A stretch of 64,000 nucleotides of DNA from Planctomycetota bacterium (GTDB taxonomy: Bacteria > Planctomycetota > SZUA-567 > H5-PLA8): positions 1 to 64,000 of the forward strand of contig BTVV01000016.1 of assembly GCA_045863855.1 (NCBI GenBank). The letters are read 5' to 3'. Shown here piece after piece: positions 9,384 to 19,519 of the stretch. The translations under genes and the position numbers were made by a program. The notes under the pieces were generated by a model that worked only from the letters and a program-made list of their open reading frames with translations, had not been told where the DNA came from and ran no database searches. Each line of letters opens with the position of its first letter. The first letter of the stretch is position 1.

Positions 9384-12300
9384 ATGTTTGGGCTCAAAAT
9401 ATTCGCATCGGCAAAACGTGGCCGGCCCCTGCACCGTGGCGCCGTGCTGCTAATTGTGGTTTTCGTGCTCGTGACTCTCTTGGGAATCGGCATCTTCCAA
9501 GCTCGGTCGGCACAACTTGAATTAAAGGCCGCCATTCACTATCGGCGCGCGAACGGCTCGCGATCGGCCGCGGACCGAGGGTTGCATCAGGCTATGGCGT
9601 TGTTGCAGTACGACGCTTGGGGTGTCAATGAATCGAAGGCGTTTATCTGCACCGAGCCGTGGAGTGCGCTGCACGACGGTGCGGGCCATGAATTTCCCTA
9701 TCAGTCGGCGGCACATCTGGCGGAACCCGACGGCAGCGTGCCCTTCTTTACACTGACGCGCGACGGATATCGGCGCATCCAGCAGCCGATTTCCAGGTTG
9801 CGCCGGCCGCTGCATCGCCTGAGCTTGCCAAGGTATGCCGAGCGTGCGCTGGTTCCGCCGACCTATCGCCAAGCCTCCCCGCATGCGGCCGATCCTTGGT
9901 CTGAGATTCGGAAGGTCGAAGGCGGATTGGAGTGGGTGGTCAACTGGAACGCGGATTACAAGCGTTTGGGCGCTCCGGATACTCTGGAAATTGTGGCAGG
10001 GACTTTTGACGGCCCCGATTACGCCAAGCTGCCTGCCGTTTCGGGTGCACCGTTCCACGACGAGTTCCTTCCCGGCGCATTCGACACGTACGACCTTTGG
10101 GAAGAGCGCCTGCACCGGAATCACGGACGGCTGTTTCCTCGTGCTCGCGGCGCCGATGCGTACGCGTACGGAGGCGCTTGGATTGCAGGCGATTTCGAAG
10201 GCGCGCATTGGCGTTGGCCGGCGCTCAAACGCACCCAAGAGTTCGACTTCCTCGATACCCGCGCGATCGGAGATCCGGTCTACAAGGTGTTCCGCTACGA
10301 ACTGGTGGCGAATCGCGACGCGGGCGCGGCGGCTTATCAGAGTTTCGAATCGGGCGTCGATCCCACGGTCTTCGACGAGTCCGGCGCGGCGATGCTGCCG
10401 CCCGAGCATCCGGCGCGCTACTTGCATGGCCGGCGCGGAGCCGTGGATATTCACCCTCGTTGTGTGCAAGCGCCGCTGCGGGCCACGCATTTGGGTTCGG
10501 CGAGCGAAGGCTCGTACGTCGATACGCGAGGCGGCGCGTTGAACCTGAATCAAGTTAACCAGAATGCTGCAACGGAACGCTATCGCAGTGAAATTTCTGG
10601 CGATGCCGCCGATTATCATTATCGGGAAGCGAAGTGGATTTACGTGTACGACGACGGACCGCGTCCAGTCTCGCGCTACGCCGTCACCGTGCGGCCGGAG
10701 GGCGGGAAGCCGCATGCAAACACGCGCTACGAGCCACCCGGCGAACGGCCTCCCGAATTGCTTGAGATGGCCAGCCTGCGCCGCTATTTCGAAGCGCTCG
10801 ACCGCGGCCTCGATGCGCACGGCCGGTTGCGTCCAACGACCGCTCTTCCCATTTTCCAGGCCCGGCGCCTGCCGGGCAGCGCCAGACCTTGGACCGAGGG
10901 TTTGGATGCCGCTTTGCGCTCGCATATCGGACATCCGACCGACCGTGCTAGACCGGGCCACGGCGCGTTCGCTTCTCATGCGGAGTTGGCTTGGTTTCTG
11001 CGTAAGCGTGCCTTTACTCCGGAAGCGAACCCCGATGCGAATCCCGGCGATTTGGCTCAGGACGCATCCTACCTGGCTTCTTGCCTGACGGTCCATGCGT
11101 ACGAATGGCTCCTGGACGAGCATTGGGAAGCCGACCGGCTTGTATTGGAACGCGACGCCTCGGATCTGCATCCGTACGGAGTGCACGATCCGGACCGCCC
11201 GGACGGGTCCGCAAGCCTTGCCTCGCGCCGGCGCTTCCTCGCGCTGCTCGATGCGCTGGTGTTCACGCAAGGCCCCGACGACGCACGAGAAGGCGAAGCA
11301 ACGGGGTTCCGTTTCGACCCTCGCGCGTCCGCCGAAAAGCAGCGCGAAGCTCGCTGGGCGCAGGCCGGCGCCCTCTCGTACTTTCTCTCGGCAAGTCTCG
11401 ATCCCTTCGCGATCACTCGTTGGTCGGGCGATTTTGCGCCCGCTTGGTGGAAGCGGCAAGACCGGACACGGGACGAATCCATTCACTTGGCGCTGGTAAA
11501 CGCCAAGCCGCGCTACGCATCCGCGGTGAGCGCCGTGGATGGAAGAACGAGCGACCGTATCGCGCCCAGCGACCTACCGCACCTGGATCCGCGCGAAGTC
11601 GCGCATCCCTGGTCACCTCAATTAAATGAGGTGGGCCGCCTGGTTCCGTTTCGATTTGCTGACCTGCCGCGCACGGCATCTTCGAACGTGGCGTTGCCGC
11701 AGCAGACCGGCGCCCATGCCTGGGACTTTCCGGCGCGCAAAAGTCATGGGTTCGTCGAATTGGTCGTACCCGCGGGGCTACCGGGCGAACCGCTGCTGCA
11801 ACGCTTATATGCCCCGGGAAGTTCGTGGGGACTACATTGGCATCTCTTCGTTATGGCGCCGAGCGAGCGTCCGCGGACTGGACGCAGCGGCAATGACGTG
11901 CTGGACCTTCCCAGTACGCGCGTGCTGTGCATCGACCGTTCCGCGGACCCTGCGCGGACCGAAAACACCGGAGGCGAGGCCGGAACCGCCGACGCGCGCA
12001 ACGATCCCAGCGGGTGGAACCGGATCAAATCGTTCCGTGCCGATTCGATTTTGGGCGGGGATGCCGCGGCCGATGCCATGCGTATGGATCTGCCGGGGGG
12101 CGCCAGTTTCGACGGCTTCCAATTTCGCTGGCGCACCGATCAGCCGCGTCCGCTTTCGCTAAGGGACGTGGGTGGGGAACGGGAGCAGGGTTCGGTACGC
12201 AAGGCCGCAAGCGCCGATACGTCGGGCCGGTTTCATCCGGCGCAATACGTGCTGGTATTGTTCGATCCCAACGAGCTTCCGGGGCGCGGCGCGGCGGGCA

Positions 12301-13613
12301 TGGAGCAGATTCGCTTCGGCTGCTCGCGCGAAGGCACGACCGGAGACCTGATGGTGCTCGACGCGGTCGATTTTCCTGTCGGGGCGCGCCCATTCGAATA
12401 CGGCTACGAAGCGGTGGACTGCCGAGCCAACCGGGATGGCGCGCGGCAATGGGTGCGGGCTCGTCCATCGGTGGCGGTGCACGATTCGCGCGCTTACCGG
12501 CCGGCTTCTGGACAACTACCCCACGATCCGTGCACCGTCTACATCGAGTCCGGCAAAGCCAAAGGTCCGTTCGAGTCGTTCACGGGATCGCCGGCGTTTC
12601 GCTTCTTCACGCGCGGAGCGGGGCGTTACCACAACTGGTGCGACGGGCTTAATGAGTTCGCACTTGGCCATTACTTGCCGGGCGGCGAAAAGAACTGGTC
12701 CGGATTGACCAACCAAGCCTTTGTGCGGCCGGATATCGAAGATTACGCCGGGGCGCGTTCGTGGCCGGCCGCAGCCGCATGGGACACTTCTGCCGTGGCC
12801 ACGTGTTTGGGCAGCAGCGTGTCGTTGTTGGCGCACGGGGGCGAACTCCCACGGATTCCGCTGGGTTGGCTGGGCGAAGCCGCCAGCGCCGATCGTGCCG
12901 CATCGCGATTGCTTTTCGATCCTGATCTTAGGACTTGGGGCGATCTGATGAAGCTGGCGCCCCTTGAGCAGCAGATGACGGCCGGCTATCTGGGCGGGCG
13001 TGCCTTCGACGTTCCCATTGAGCCGGGGATGCACTTTCTCTTTGCCGCCGACGACGGGCTCGACAACGACCAGGACGGCCGAACCGATGTAAAACTCGAG
13101 TCCGGTTGGCGCTCGGCGGTGCCCGAAGGCTGTTACGCCGGCGACCGGCGCGCGGCTGGCCGCGTGAATCTGAACGAAGTTGCCGACCCCGCGGTACTGT
13201 ACGGCCTCGCGGGCGGTACGGACCTGGAAGGTCGTGCGCCCTACCTGCTCCCGCTTGGCGTTAAACCGTCAAAGGGCTATGTGAGTTGGACCGAATTCGC
13301 GGAGCGTTTCACTACGGCGGCGTTGGAAGGAACCCCTTACAGCGCCTTGTTCTGGCCGGAACATCCCACCGCCGACGTGGTAGGAAGAGATTCCCCGCTG
13401 CAAGCCGTGCGCGAACGAGCTCTCCGGGAGCGCGTGGACTTGGCGCGTGGCGCCTATGTGGGGCACGCGGCCGTATACACGATTCGAGTCATCGGACAGG
13501 CTTTGGACTGGGACGGGCAACCGATGGGCGAAACGCGCTTACGCGCGACGGTGGAACGCACACCTGACGGCAAGATCAATATTCTGGAGTTCGGATCGCA
13601 AGGCACGCGCTAG
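9384..13613 (+). CDS. Giant PilX/GspK-like minor pseudopilin-type protein
   Basis: N-terminal RGAVLLIVVFVLVTLLGIG..SAQLE..SAADRGLHQAMALL (PilX_N-like). C-terminal GRVNLNE and YTIRVIGQA..RLRATVER (GspK-like). DDGLDNDQDGRTD Ca-binding-like motif. Confidence 0.7.
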   Translation: MFGLKIFASAKRGRPLHRGAVLLIVVFVLVTLLGIGIFQARSAQLELKAAIHYRRANGSRSAADRGLHQAMALLQYDAWGVNESKAFICTEPWSALHDGAGHEFPYQSAAHLAEPDGSVPFFTLTRDGYRRIQQPISRLRRPLHRLSLPRYAERALVPPTYRQASPHAADPWSEIRKVEGGLEWVVNWNADYKRLGAPDTLEIVAGTFDGPDYAKLPAVSGAPFHDEFLPGAFDTYDLWEERLHRNHGRLFPRARGADAYAYGGAWIAGDFEGAHWRWPALKRTQEFDFLDTRAIGDPVYKVFRYELVANRDAGAAAYQSFESGVDPTVFDESGAAMLPPEHPARYLHGRRGAVDIHPRCVQAPLRATHLGSASEGSYVDTRGGALNLNQVNQNAATERYRSEISGDAADYHYREAKWIYVYDDGPRPVSRYAVTVRPEGGKPHANTRYEPPGERPPELLEMASLRRYFEALDRGLDAHGRLRPTTALPIFQARRLPGSARPWTEGLDAALRSHIGHPTDRARPGHGAFASHAELAWFLRKRAFTPEANPDANPGDLAQDASYLASCLTVHAYEWLLDEHWEADRLVLERDASDLHPYGVHDPDRPDGSASLASRRRFLALLDALVFTQGPDDAREGEATGFRFDPRASAEKQREARWAQAGALSYFLSASLDPFAITRWSGDFAPAWWKRQDRTRDESIHLALVNAKPRYASAVSAVDGRTSDRIAPSDLPHLDPREVAHPWSPQLNEVGRLVPFRFADLPRTASSNVALPQQTGAHAWDFPARKSHGFVELVVPAGLPGEPLLQRLYAPGSSWGLHWHLFVMAPSERPRTGRSGNDVLDLPSTRVLCIDRSADPARTENTGGEAGTADARNDPSGWNRIKSFRADSILGGDAAADAMRMDLPGGASFDGFQFRWRTDQPRPLSLRDVGGEREQGSVRKAASADTSGRFHPAQYVLVLFDPNELPGRGAAGMEQIRFGCSREGTTGDLMVLDAVDFPVGARPFEYGYEAVDCRANRDGARQWVRARPSVAVHDSRAYRPASGQLPHDPCTVYIESGKAKGPFESFTGSPAFRFFTRGAGRYHNWCDGLNEFALGHYLPGGEKNWSGLTNQAFVRPDIEDYAGARSWPAAAAWDTSAVATCLGSSVSLLAHGGELPRIPLGWLGEAASADRAASRLLFDPDLRTWGDLMKLAPLEQQMTAGYLGGRAFDVPIEPGMHFLFAADDGLDNDQDGRTDVKLESGWRSAVPEGCYAGDRRAAGRVNLNEVADPAVLYGLAGGTDLEGRAPYLLPLGVKPSKGYVSWTEFAERFTTAALEGTPYSALFWPEHPTADVVGRDSPLQAVRERALRERVDLARGAYVGHAAVYTIRVIGQALDWDGQPMGETRLRATVERTPDGKINILEFGSQGTR

Positions 13614-13735
13614 CGGTCCGAAACCGAGCTTGCCGCGCGCCTGTATCGCTATACACCAGAATTGTTACCGAGTTCGTTTCCGCGGCCGCCCGAGGGCGGC
13701 CGCCTTGACGTGGGGCTTCGGGAGGCGCGGCCAAG

Positions 13736-14731
13736 ATGGGCGATACGGAATACGGCGTGGCGATCGTGGGGTTGGGCATGGGGCATGCCGCTTGTCCCTG
13801 GGTAATCAACGCCCCGGGCGTCAAACTTACCGCCGTCTGCGACCTTAATGCCGAGCGACTTAAGAAATCCACCGATGAATTCAAAGTCGCAGGCGAGACC
13901 GATTACGCCAAGCTGCTCGAGCGCAAGGATGTGGATATCGTTTACGTCATGACCCCCAGCGGCCTGCACGCCGAGATGGGCGTCAAGGCTGCTGCGAAAG
14001 GTAAGCACGTCATCGTCGCCAAACCGATGGATGTCTCGCTCGAAGCCTGTGACCGTCTGATCGACGCCTGCGAGAAAGCCAAGGTGCTTTGCTCCGTGGA
14101 TTTCAATGGCCGTTTCGACGACTTGCAGCAGAAGATTCGCTTTGCGATCGATCAAGGCTTGTTCGGAAAACTCATTCTGGGTGAAGCGCGCTTGAAGTGG
14201 TATCGCAGCGATCAGTATTACGCGGCGGGCGGTTGGCGCGGGACCTGGAAGATGGACGGCGGCGGAGCCTTGGCCAATCAGACCATCCACCAGATCGACC
14301 AACTCCAGTGGTATATGGGTCAGGTGGATTGTGTCGTGGCCGCAGAAGCCGGCATCTACAACCACGAAAAGATCGAGACCGAGGACTTGGGCTTGGCGAT
14401 CGTGAAGTTCAAGAACGGAGCGGCCGGCACCGTGATGGGCACGACGACCTTTCCCGTCAACGCCTACGCGGGACTTGAAATTCACGGCAGCGCCGGCGGC
14501 GTCCTGGCCATGCGCGGCGACCCGTCTTGGTTCTTCCACGAGAAGGAACGCGAACAACAGATTCAGCGCGCCGGCGAGGTGCGCACTTCGGTTGAAGACA
14601 TGGCTCGCGTCTTGGACGGTAAACAGAAGAGCCTGCTTTGCGACGGCCATGAAGGCCGAAAATCCATCGAGCTTCTGACCGGCATTTACCGCGCCAGCCG
14701 CGAAAAGCGCGAGATCAAGTTCCCGCTCTAA
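13736..14731 (+). CDS. Gfo/Idh/MocA family oxidoreductase
   Basis: IVGLGMG Rossmann motif, VAKPM, WRGTWKMDGGGALANQTIHQID. Confidence 0.92.
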   Translation: MGDTEYGVAIVGLGMGHAACPWVINAPGVKLTAVCDLNAERLKKSTDEFKVAGETDYAKLLERKDVDIVYVMTPSGLHAEMGVKAAAKGKHVIVAKPMDVSLEACDRLIDACEKAKVLCSVDFNGRFDDLQQKIRFAIDQGLFGKLILGEARLKWYRSDQYYAAGGWRGTWKMDGGGALANQTIHQIDQLQWYMGQVDCVVAAEAGIYNHEKIETEDLGLAIVKFKNGAAGTVMGTTTFPVNAYAGLEIHGSAGGVLAMRGDPSWFFHEKEREQQIQRAGEVRTSVEDMARVLDGKQKSLLCDGHEGRKSIELLTGIYRASREKREIKFPL

Positions 14732-14760
14732 GGGCCACGTTTTCGAAGGGGGCTTCGCGC

Positions 14761-15588
14761 ATGCGTTTTGCGATTTGCAACGAACTGTATCAGAACTGGA
14801 AACAGGAAGACATTTTCGCCCATGCCGCGAAAACCGGCTATGAAGGCGTGGAGATCGCTCCATTTACCTTGGCCGAAGACGTCCGGGAGCTTTCGGCCGC
14901 GCGGCGCAAGGAGCTTCGGCGCGCCGCCGAAGTTTGCGGGATTGCGATCACCGGGTTGCACTGGCTCCTGCTAAAGCCCGCGGGCATGCATATCAATAGT
15001 CCGGACGCGTCGGTGCGGCAGAAGACAGAAACGTACGTGGAGGCTTTGATCGATCTGTGCGCCGATCTGGGAGGCACAACCATGGTATGGGGCAGCCCCA
15101 AGCAGCGCGTGGTGTTGCCCGGCGACAAATGGATCGACGCATACCGGCGTACCGTCGATGCGCTGAAGCGCCTTGGCGCGAAGGCGCACGCAAGCGGCGT
15201 TACGATCGCCTTCGAACCGCTGGGACCGAAGGACAACTGCAACCTCATCAATACGACCGGGGAGGGGAGCCTGCTCGTACGCGAAGTCGATTCGCCCGGT
15301 GTAAAACTCCACCTCGACGTCAAAGCGATGACCACCGAAGGCCGGCCGGTCGCCGATACGATTCGTGCCGAGGGCGGAACCTATCTGCATTATTTCCACG
15401 CCAACGATCCGAACTTGCGCGGTCCCGGGATGGGCGACGAAGACTTCAAGCCGATCCTGCAGGCGCTGAAGGACGTGAGCTACGCCGGATGGGTATCCGT
15501 CGAAGTGTTCGATTACGCGCCCGGACCAGACGAAACCGCCCAAATCAGTTTGCGCACCCTGAAGGAGGCGCTGGCGGCGGTAAAATAA
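14761..15588 (+). CDS. Sugar phosphate isomerase/epimerase (xylose-isomerase-like TIM barrel)
   Basis: GYEGVEIAP, FEPL, HLDVKAM, HANDPNLRGPG, WVSVEVF metal-site motifs. Confidence 0.9.
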   Translation: MRFAICNELYQNWKQEDIFAHAAKTGYEGVEIAPFTLAEDVRELSAARRKELRRAAEVCGIAITGLHWLLLKPAGMHINSPDASVRQKTETYVEALIDLCADLGGTTMVWGSPKQRVVLPGDKWIDAYRRTVDALKRLGAKAHASGVTIAFEPLGPKDNCNLINTTGEGSLLVREVDSPGVKLHLDVKAMTTEGRPVADTIRAEGGTYLHYFHANDPNLRGPGMGDEDFKPILQALKDVSYAGWVSVEVFDYAPGPDETAQISLRTLKEALAAVK

Positions 15589-15637
15589 TCGCGAAGTGCG
15601 CGAATGCGACTGATTTGATGGAATAAGGAGACTTGCC

Positions 15638-16798
15638 TTGAGCAGCCTTGAATTGTTGGTGAACGCCGGTCGCCACGGACGATACGACACGCCGATGCGC
15701 GTGAACCTTGGCGCGAAGCTGAAAGGCTCCGCTCAGGTGCGCCTAAGCGAAGTGGACACCGGCCGGCCCATTCCCGCGCAGGTGGACGGCGAAGACCTGG
15801 TCTTCATACTGCCCGCTTTGGGCGCCCGTGAGGAGCGCCGCTTGCGCGTGGAACTCGGCGCCGAAGGACACAAGCACGGCGGCGTCAAGCTGGCCGATGG
15901 CGCGGCCTCGGGCCTCGCTATTGAGATCAGCGGGAAGCCGTTCGCGACCTACCGTTACCTGCCCGATGGCCAGTTCCCCATCAAGGCGCGCCCCTTCTTC
16001 TACCCGGTGCTTGGACCCGGCGGCGTGGGCATGACCCGCAATTACCCGATGCGAGCGGATGTTCCGAACGAGAAGCACGATCATCCGCACCACCGTGGAC
16101 TTTGGGTGGCTTTTGGTGAGGTGAACGGCACCGACAATTGGTCGGAGCAGAAAGAGCATGGCTTCCAGAAACATCGCGCGTTTGACGAACTGACGAGCGG
16201 TCCGGTCTTCGGGCGCTTTACCGAAACGCTCGACTGGACTTCTCACCAAGGCCGCAAGGATTGCGAAGAGACGCGCCGGGTCACGGTATGGAACATGCCG
16301 CAGGACGCCAGGCTGCTGGACTTGGAAGTTACGTTCAAAGCCACCGAAGGCCCCATTCACTTCGGCGATACCAAAGAAGGCGGAATCTGCTCCATTCGCG
16401 TGCCCAGTTCGATGGACGGCGTCGCGACCGGCACGATAGAAAACAGCGCCGGAGGTGTGGGCGAAGGGGAATGCTGGGGCCGCGCCGCGCATTGGGTCGA
16501 TTACCACGGACAAGTGGAAGGGCAGCACCTCGGCGTCGCGGTCCTCGATCACCCGTATAACCTGCGTCATCCGACGCCTTGGCACGTGCGCGACTACGGA
16601 CTCTTTGGCGCCAACCCGTTCGGCCACAGCTACTACAAGAGTTCGTTGCTGGCCAACGGTTCGTACACCGTGCCGGCCGGCGAGTCGCTGGCGTTCAAGT
16701 ATCGCGTCTATTTCCACCGCGGCTGTGCGAAGCGTGGCGACGTGGCAAGCCGCTGGAACGATTACGCGTTTGCGCCCAGCGTGAAAGCAGCGGAATAG
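15638..16798 (+). CDS. DUF6807/'PmoA-family' protein (sugar-locus associated)
   Basis: DHPHHRGLW, FGDTKEGG, WHVRDYGLFGANPFG. TTG start with a TAAGGAG RBS. Confidence 0.8.
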   Translation: MSSLELLVNAGRHGRYDTPMRVNLGAKLKGSAQVRLSEVDTGRPIPAQVDGEDLVFILPALGAREERRLRVELGAEGHKHGGVKLADGAASGLAIEISGKPFATYRYLPDGQFPIKARPFFYPVLGPGGVGMTRNYPMRADVPNEKHDHPHHRGLWVAFGEVNGTDNWSEQKEHGFQKHRAFDELTSGPVFGRFTETLDWTSHQGRKDCEETRRVTVWNMPQDARLLDLEVTFKATEGPIHFGDTKEGGICSIRVPSSMDGVATGTIENSAGGVGEGECWGRAAHWVDYHGQVEGQHLGVAVLDHPYNLRHPTPWHVRDYGLFGANPFGHSYYKSSLLANGSYTVPAGESLAFKYRVYFHRGCAKRGDVASRWNDYAFAPSVKAAE

Positions 16799-16804
16799 CT
16801 TCGG

Positions 16805-17782
16805 CTACAGCCGGACGCCTTGGCCGGTCGCGAGCACCTGCGTCGCGGCCAAGGTGAGCAACGTGGTGCGCAAGGCGTCGCCGTAGTTGCAGCGCACACG
16901 CGATGGATCCTTGTGCCGGACTGAGTCGACGAAGGCCGCGTCTTCCAGTGCGAAGATATTCTCTTCGCCCTTCACCGTCTCGGTCTCGAGTTTCGATTTG
17001 CGCACGTTTAACGTATGTTCCCAGCCGGTGAAATCGAGCGTTTGGCGGCGCGTGAAAATCTTGAGTCCGACGCCGTAACCTGGAATGTTAGCGCAGCAGC
17101 TCAATACCACCGCGAGGCTTCCGTTGGGCATCACGAACGTTACGGCGCTCGCATCGTCGTTGTTGTAGCCTTCCACGTCTTCCACGAAGCCGTGCGCGGC
17201 GCGGCCGATGATCTCGACGGGCTCGCCGAGCAGGTACCGAATCAGGTCGACCGTGTGGGTGGTCTGTTCGACGAGCTGCCCGCCGCTGGTGCGCCGGTCG
17301 CCCCACCACGGCACGCGGTACATGTGGCCGATCCAATGCCCAAAGGTGAGTATCGCGGGCTCCTGCGCAAGAAGTTCCTTGGCGCGTTCCACCGACCGGC
17401 GGTAACGGTTCTGGTAACCGGCAGTCGCGACAACGCCCGCTGCGCGTACCGCTTCTTCGATTTCCCGTCCGGTGTCGCCGTCGATGCAAATGGGCTTTTC
17501 GATGAAAAGATGGATGCCACGCTTGGCCGCTTCCTTTTCGATGCGTCCGTGCGCGTTGGGGGTGACGCAGACGTACACGGCGTCGGGCTCGACGGCGTCG
17601 TACATCGCCACGGCGTCGTCGAAGGCCTCCGCGCCAGGATAAGCGCGCGCCGTCGCTTCCGCGCGTGCGCGGTCCACATCGCAGAATCCCACCAGCCGCA
17701 GGCCGGGCATCGCCGCCAATGTTTGAGCATGCGCTTGGGCGATGTGCCCGGCGCCGGCAAAGGCTATCTTAAGATCGGACAT
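16805..17782 (-). CDS. Gfo/Idh/MocA family oxidoreductase
   Basis: FAGAGHIA, LFIEKP, SGGQLVEQTTHTVD. Start at MSDLKIA. Confidence 0.9.
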   Translation of the reverse strand: MSDLKIAFAGAGHIAQAHAQTLAAMPGLRLVGFCDVDRARAEATARAYPGAEAFDDAVAMYDAVEPDAVYVCVTPNAHGRIEKEAAKRGIHLFIEKPICIDGDTGREIEEAVRAAGVVATAGYQNRYRRSVERAKELLAQEPAILTFGHWIGHMYRVPWWGDRRTSGGQLVEQTTHTVDLIRYLLGEPVEIIGRAAHGFVEDVEGYNNDDASAVTFVMPNGSLAVVLSCCANIPGYGVGLKIFTRRQTLDFTGWEHTLNVRKSKLETETVKGEENIFALEDAAFVDSVRHKDPSRVRCNYGDALRTTLLTLAATQVLATGQGVRL

Positions 17783-17994
17783 GCTCCCGCCTCGGGGTCG
17801 GTCGAAATTCGCGTGGCATGCGGCAAGATGCGCGTGCGTCCCGCGCACCGGTTCCGATTCGAGGGCGAAACCGTACGGAATACGTGTATCGTCCTAACCA
17901 GCGCGGACCGCCGCGTCAAACGCGGTTGAACCGATTCGCGCTTGGGGCATGGCGTGCCGCGCGTTAGGATGGGGGCGATTCAGGGGATGGGTAC

Positions 17995-18501
17995 ATGCGC
18001 CAGGCCGTTTTTATGAGTCTTGCCGTCGCATGCTTTGCGACGCAACTGCGGGCCGCCGAACCGGTGACGGGAGGCGGTTTGAAATCCGTACTGCCCGCCG
18101 GTTGGCAGACTGGAACGGCCGCCGCGGGCGAACTGGCCCTGAGCGAATCGGCCGGTCCGGCGCGCGTGCGCGCATGCCGGCTGGCGCGGAAAACCGCCGC
18201 CAATCCCGCACAGTGGGCGCGCGCTTACGTTAAATACTTCGTGGAAGGCGAGGGCCGCAAAGCGCTCGTGGCCGGTGTGGAGCCCAAGCGCGTAGCCGGC
18301 AAGCTCGGCGCTACGGCGGCTTTTTCGGCGGAGAAGCCAGGCGGCGACGCCAAAGCCGACAAGATCTGGCAGCGGCTCTACGTGATCCCTTCGAAGGAAG
18401 CCGATCAGGTGATCGTGGTCATCTGCACGGCGCCGTCCAAGGAATTCCGCAAGTACGCGAAGGCCTTCGATCAAATTCTGGACGCGTTGGAAGAACAGTA
18501 G
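17995..18501 (+). CDS. Hypothetical exported protein
   Basis: Signal-peptide-like N-terminus (FMSLAVACFATQLRAAE). Fills the gap between flanking genes. Confidence 0.6.
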   Translation: MRQAVFMSLAVACFATQLRAAEPVTGGGLKSVLPAGWQTGTAAAGELALSESAGPARVRACRLARKTAANPAQWARAYVKYFVEGEGRKALVAGVEPKRVAGKLGATAAFSAEKPGGDAKADKIWQRLYVIPSKEADQVIVVICTAPSKEFRKYAKAFDQILDALEEQ

Positions 18502-18503
18502 TC

Positions 18504-19505
18504 CTATTTTTCGCGCCAGTCGAAAGCGACGCCGAGCGCTTTATCCTTCTCTTCGAGCAGCATTCGGTACAGTTCGGGTCCTTGGCGCCATGGCGCGACG
18601 TGCGTGATCGCCGGACGCGGCCGCACCTGGCCGGCGGCGATCATATCCAGCAACGCTTCCTGGTTGCGTTCGACGGTGAACGGGTAATCGGCCGGATACG
18701 CAGAACCGCAGCCGACCATCGTCAGATTGCCCTTCTGGAAATTCGTGTACAGGTCCAGCGGTACCTGTCCGTGCACGCCGCCAAGCACGACGACGCGCCC
18801 GAATTCCGCGGTCGTCTCGACCAGTGTAGGCATCACGCGCGCGGTTCCGGTCGCGTCGATGGAGATGAACGGTCCCGAGCCGCGGGTGAGTTCCTTCAGG
18901 CGCGCCTTGAAGTCCGCCGCGGTCGGATCCAAGGCCGCATCGACGCCCAGCTTCGCCGCGATCTCGCGGCGCATCGGGACCGGGTCGATGCCGATGACCG
19001 GATAGCCCCCGGCCACCTTGGCCAAATGCGCCGCAAACGCACCGATCAGGCCCAGGCCGTAGACCGCGACCGAATCGCCCAGACGAATCTGACCCGCTCG
19101 AACGCCCCGCAACGATATGCCCAACAAGACCACCGAACATGCGTCCACCGAATCGACCTTATCCGGAATGGCCTGCACACGATCGGGCGTGACATTCGAG
19201 TAGGCGCTGTGGCCCCAGCCGCCGAGAACTCGCTGGCCAATCTTGAATTCGCCTCCGTCGCCTTCCAACCCGATTACGCGGCTCACGGCAATGTAGCCCG
19301 TCGCGCGAGGATACGTGGTCGGCTTCGTATGGGTGCCTGTGATGTGGTGCAGTTCGGTTCCTGGACTGACCATCGTGAACTCGGCCTTCAGGCGAAGCTC
19401 GCCGGGCTTCAAGGCTTCCAAGGGGCGAGCCGAGCAATCGACGACGTTCTTCTCGCGCACGCGTAGATAAGGGTTGGCAGTTAAGGAACCGGTTTCGCCA
19501 GGCAT
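18504..19505 (-). CDS. MDR-family (zinc-binding type) alcohol dehydrogenase
   Basis: MVSPGTELH, VAVYGLGLIG, IDATG, GRVVVLG. Catalytic-Zn Cys not evident. Confidence 0.88.
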   Translation of the reverse strand: MPGETGSLTANPYLRVREKNVVDCSARPLEALKPGELRLKAEFTMVSPGTELHHITGTHTKPTTYPRATGYIAVSRVIGLEGDGGEFKIGQRVLGGWGHSAYSNVTPDRVQAIPDKVDSVDACSVVLLGISLRGVRAGQIRLGDSVAVYGLGLIGAFAAHLAKVAGGYPVIGIDPVPMRREIAAKLGVDAALDPTAADFKARLKELTRGSGPFISIDATGTARVMPTLVETTAEFGRVVVLGGVHGQVPLDLYTNFQKGNLTMVGCGSAYPADYPFTVERNQEALLDMIAAGQVRPRPAITHVAPWRQGPELYRMLLEEKDKALGVAFDWREK

Positions 19506-19519
19506 AGAGATCGCTCCGC

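Noticed and set aside
9522..11486. 654-aa antisense ORF
   Set aside because: Shadow of the PilX/GspK-like gene in high-GC DNA, with no recognisable motifs.
15638..16798. Methane monooxygenase reading of the 'PmoA-family' label
   Set aside because: Soluble protein in a sugar locus with no pmoCAB context. The family name is misleading.
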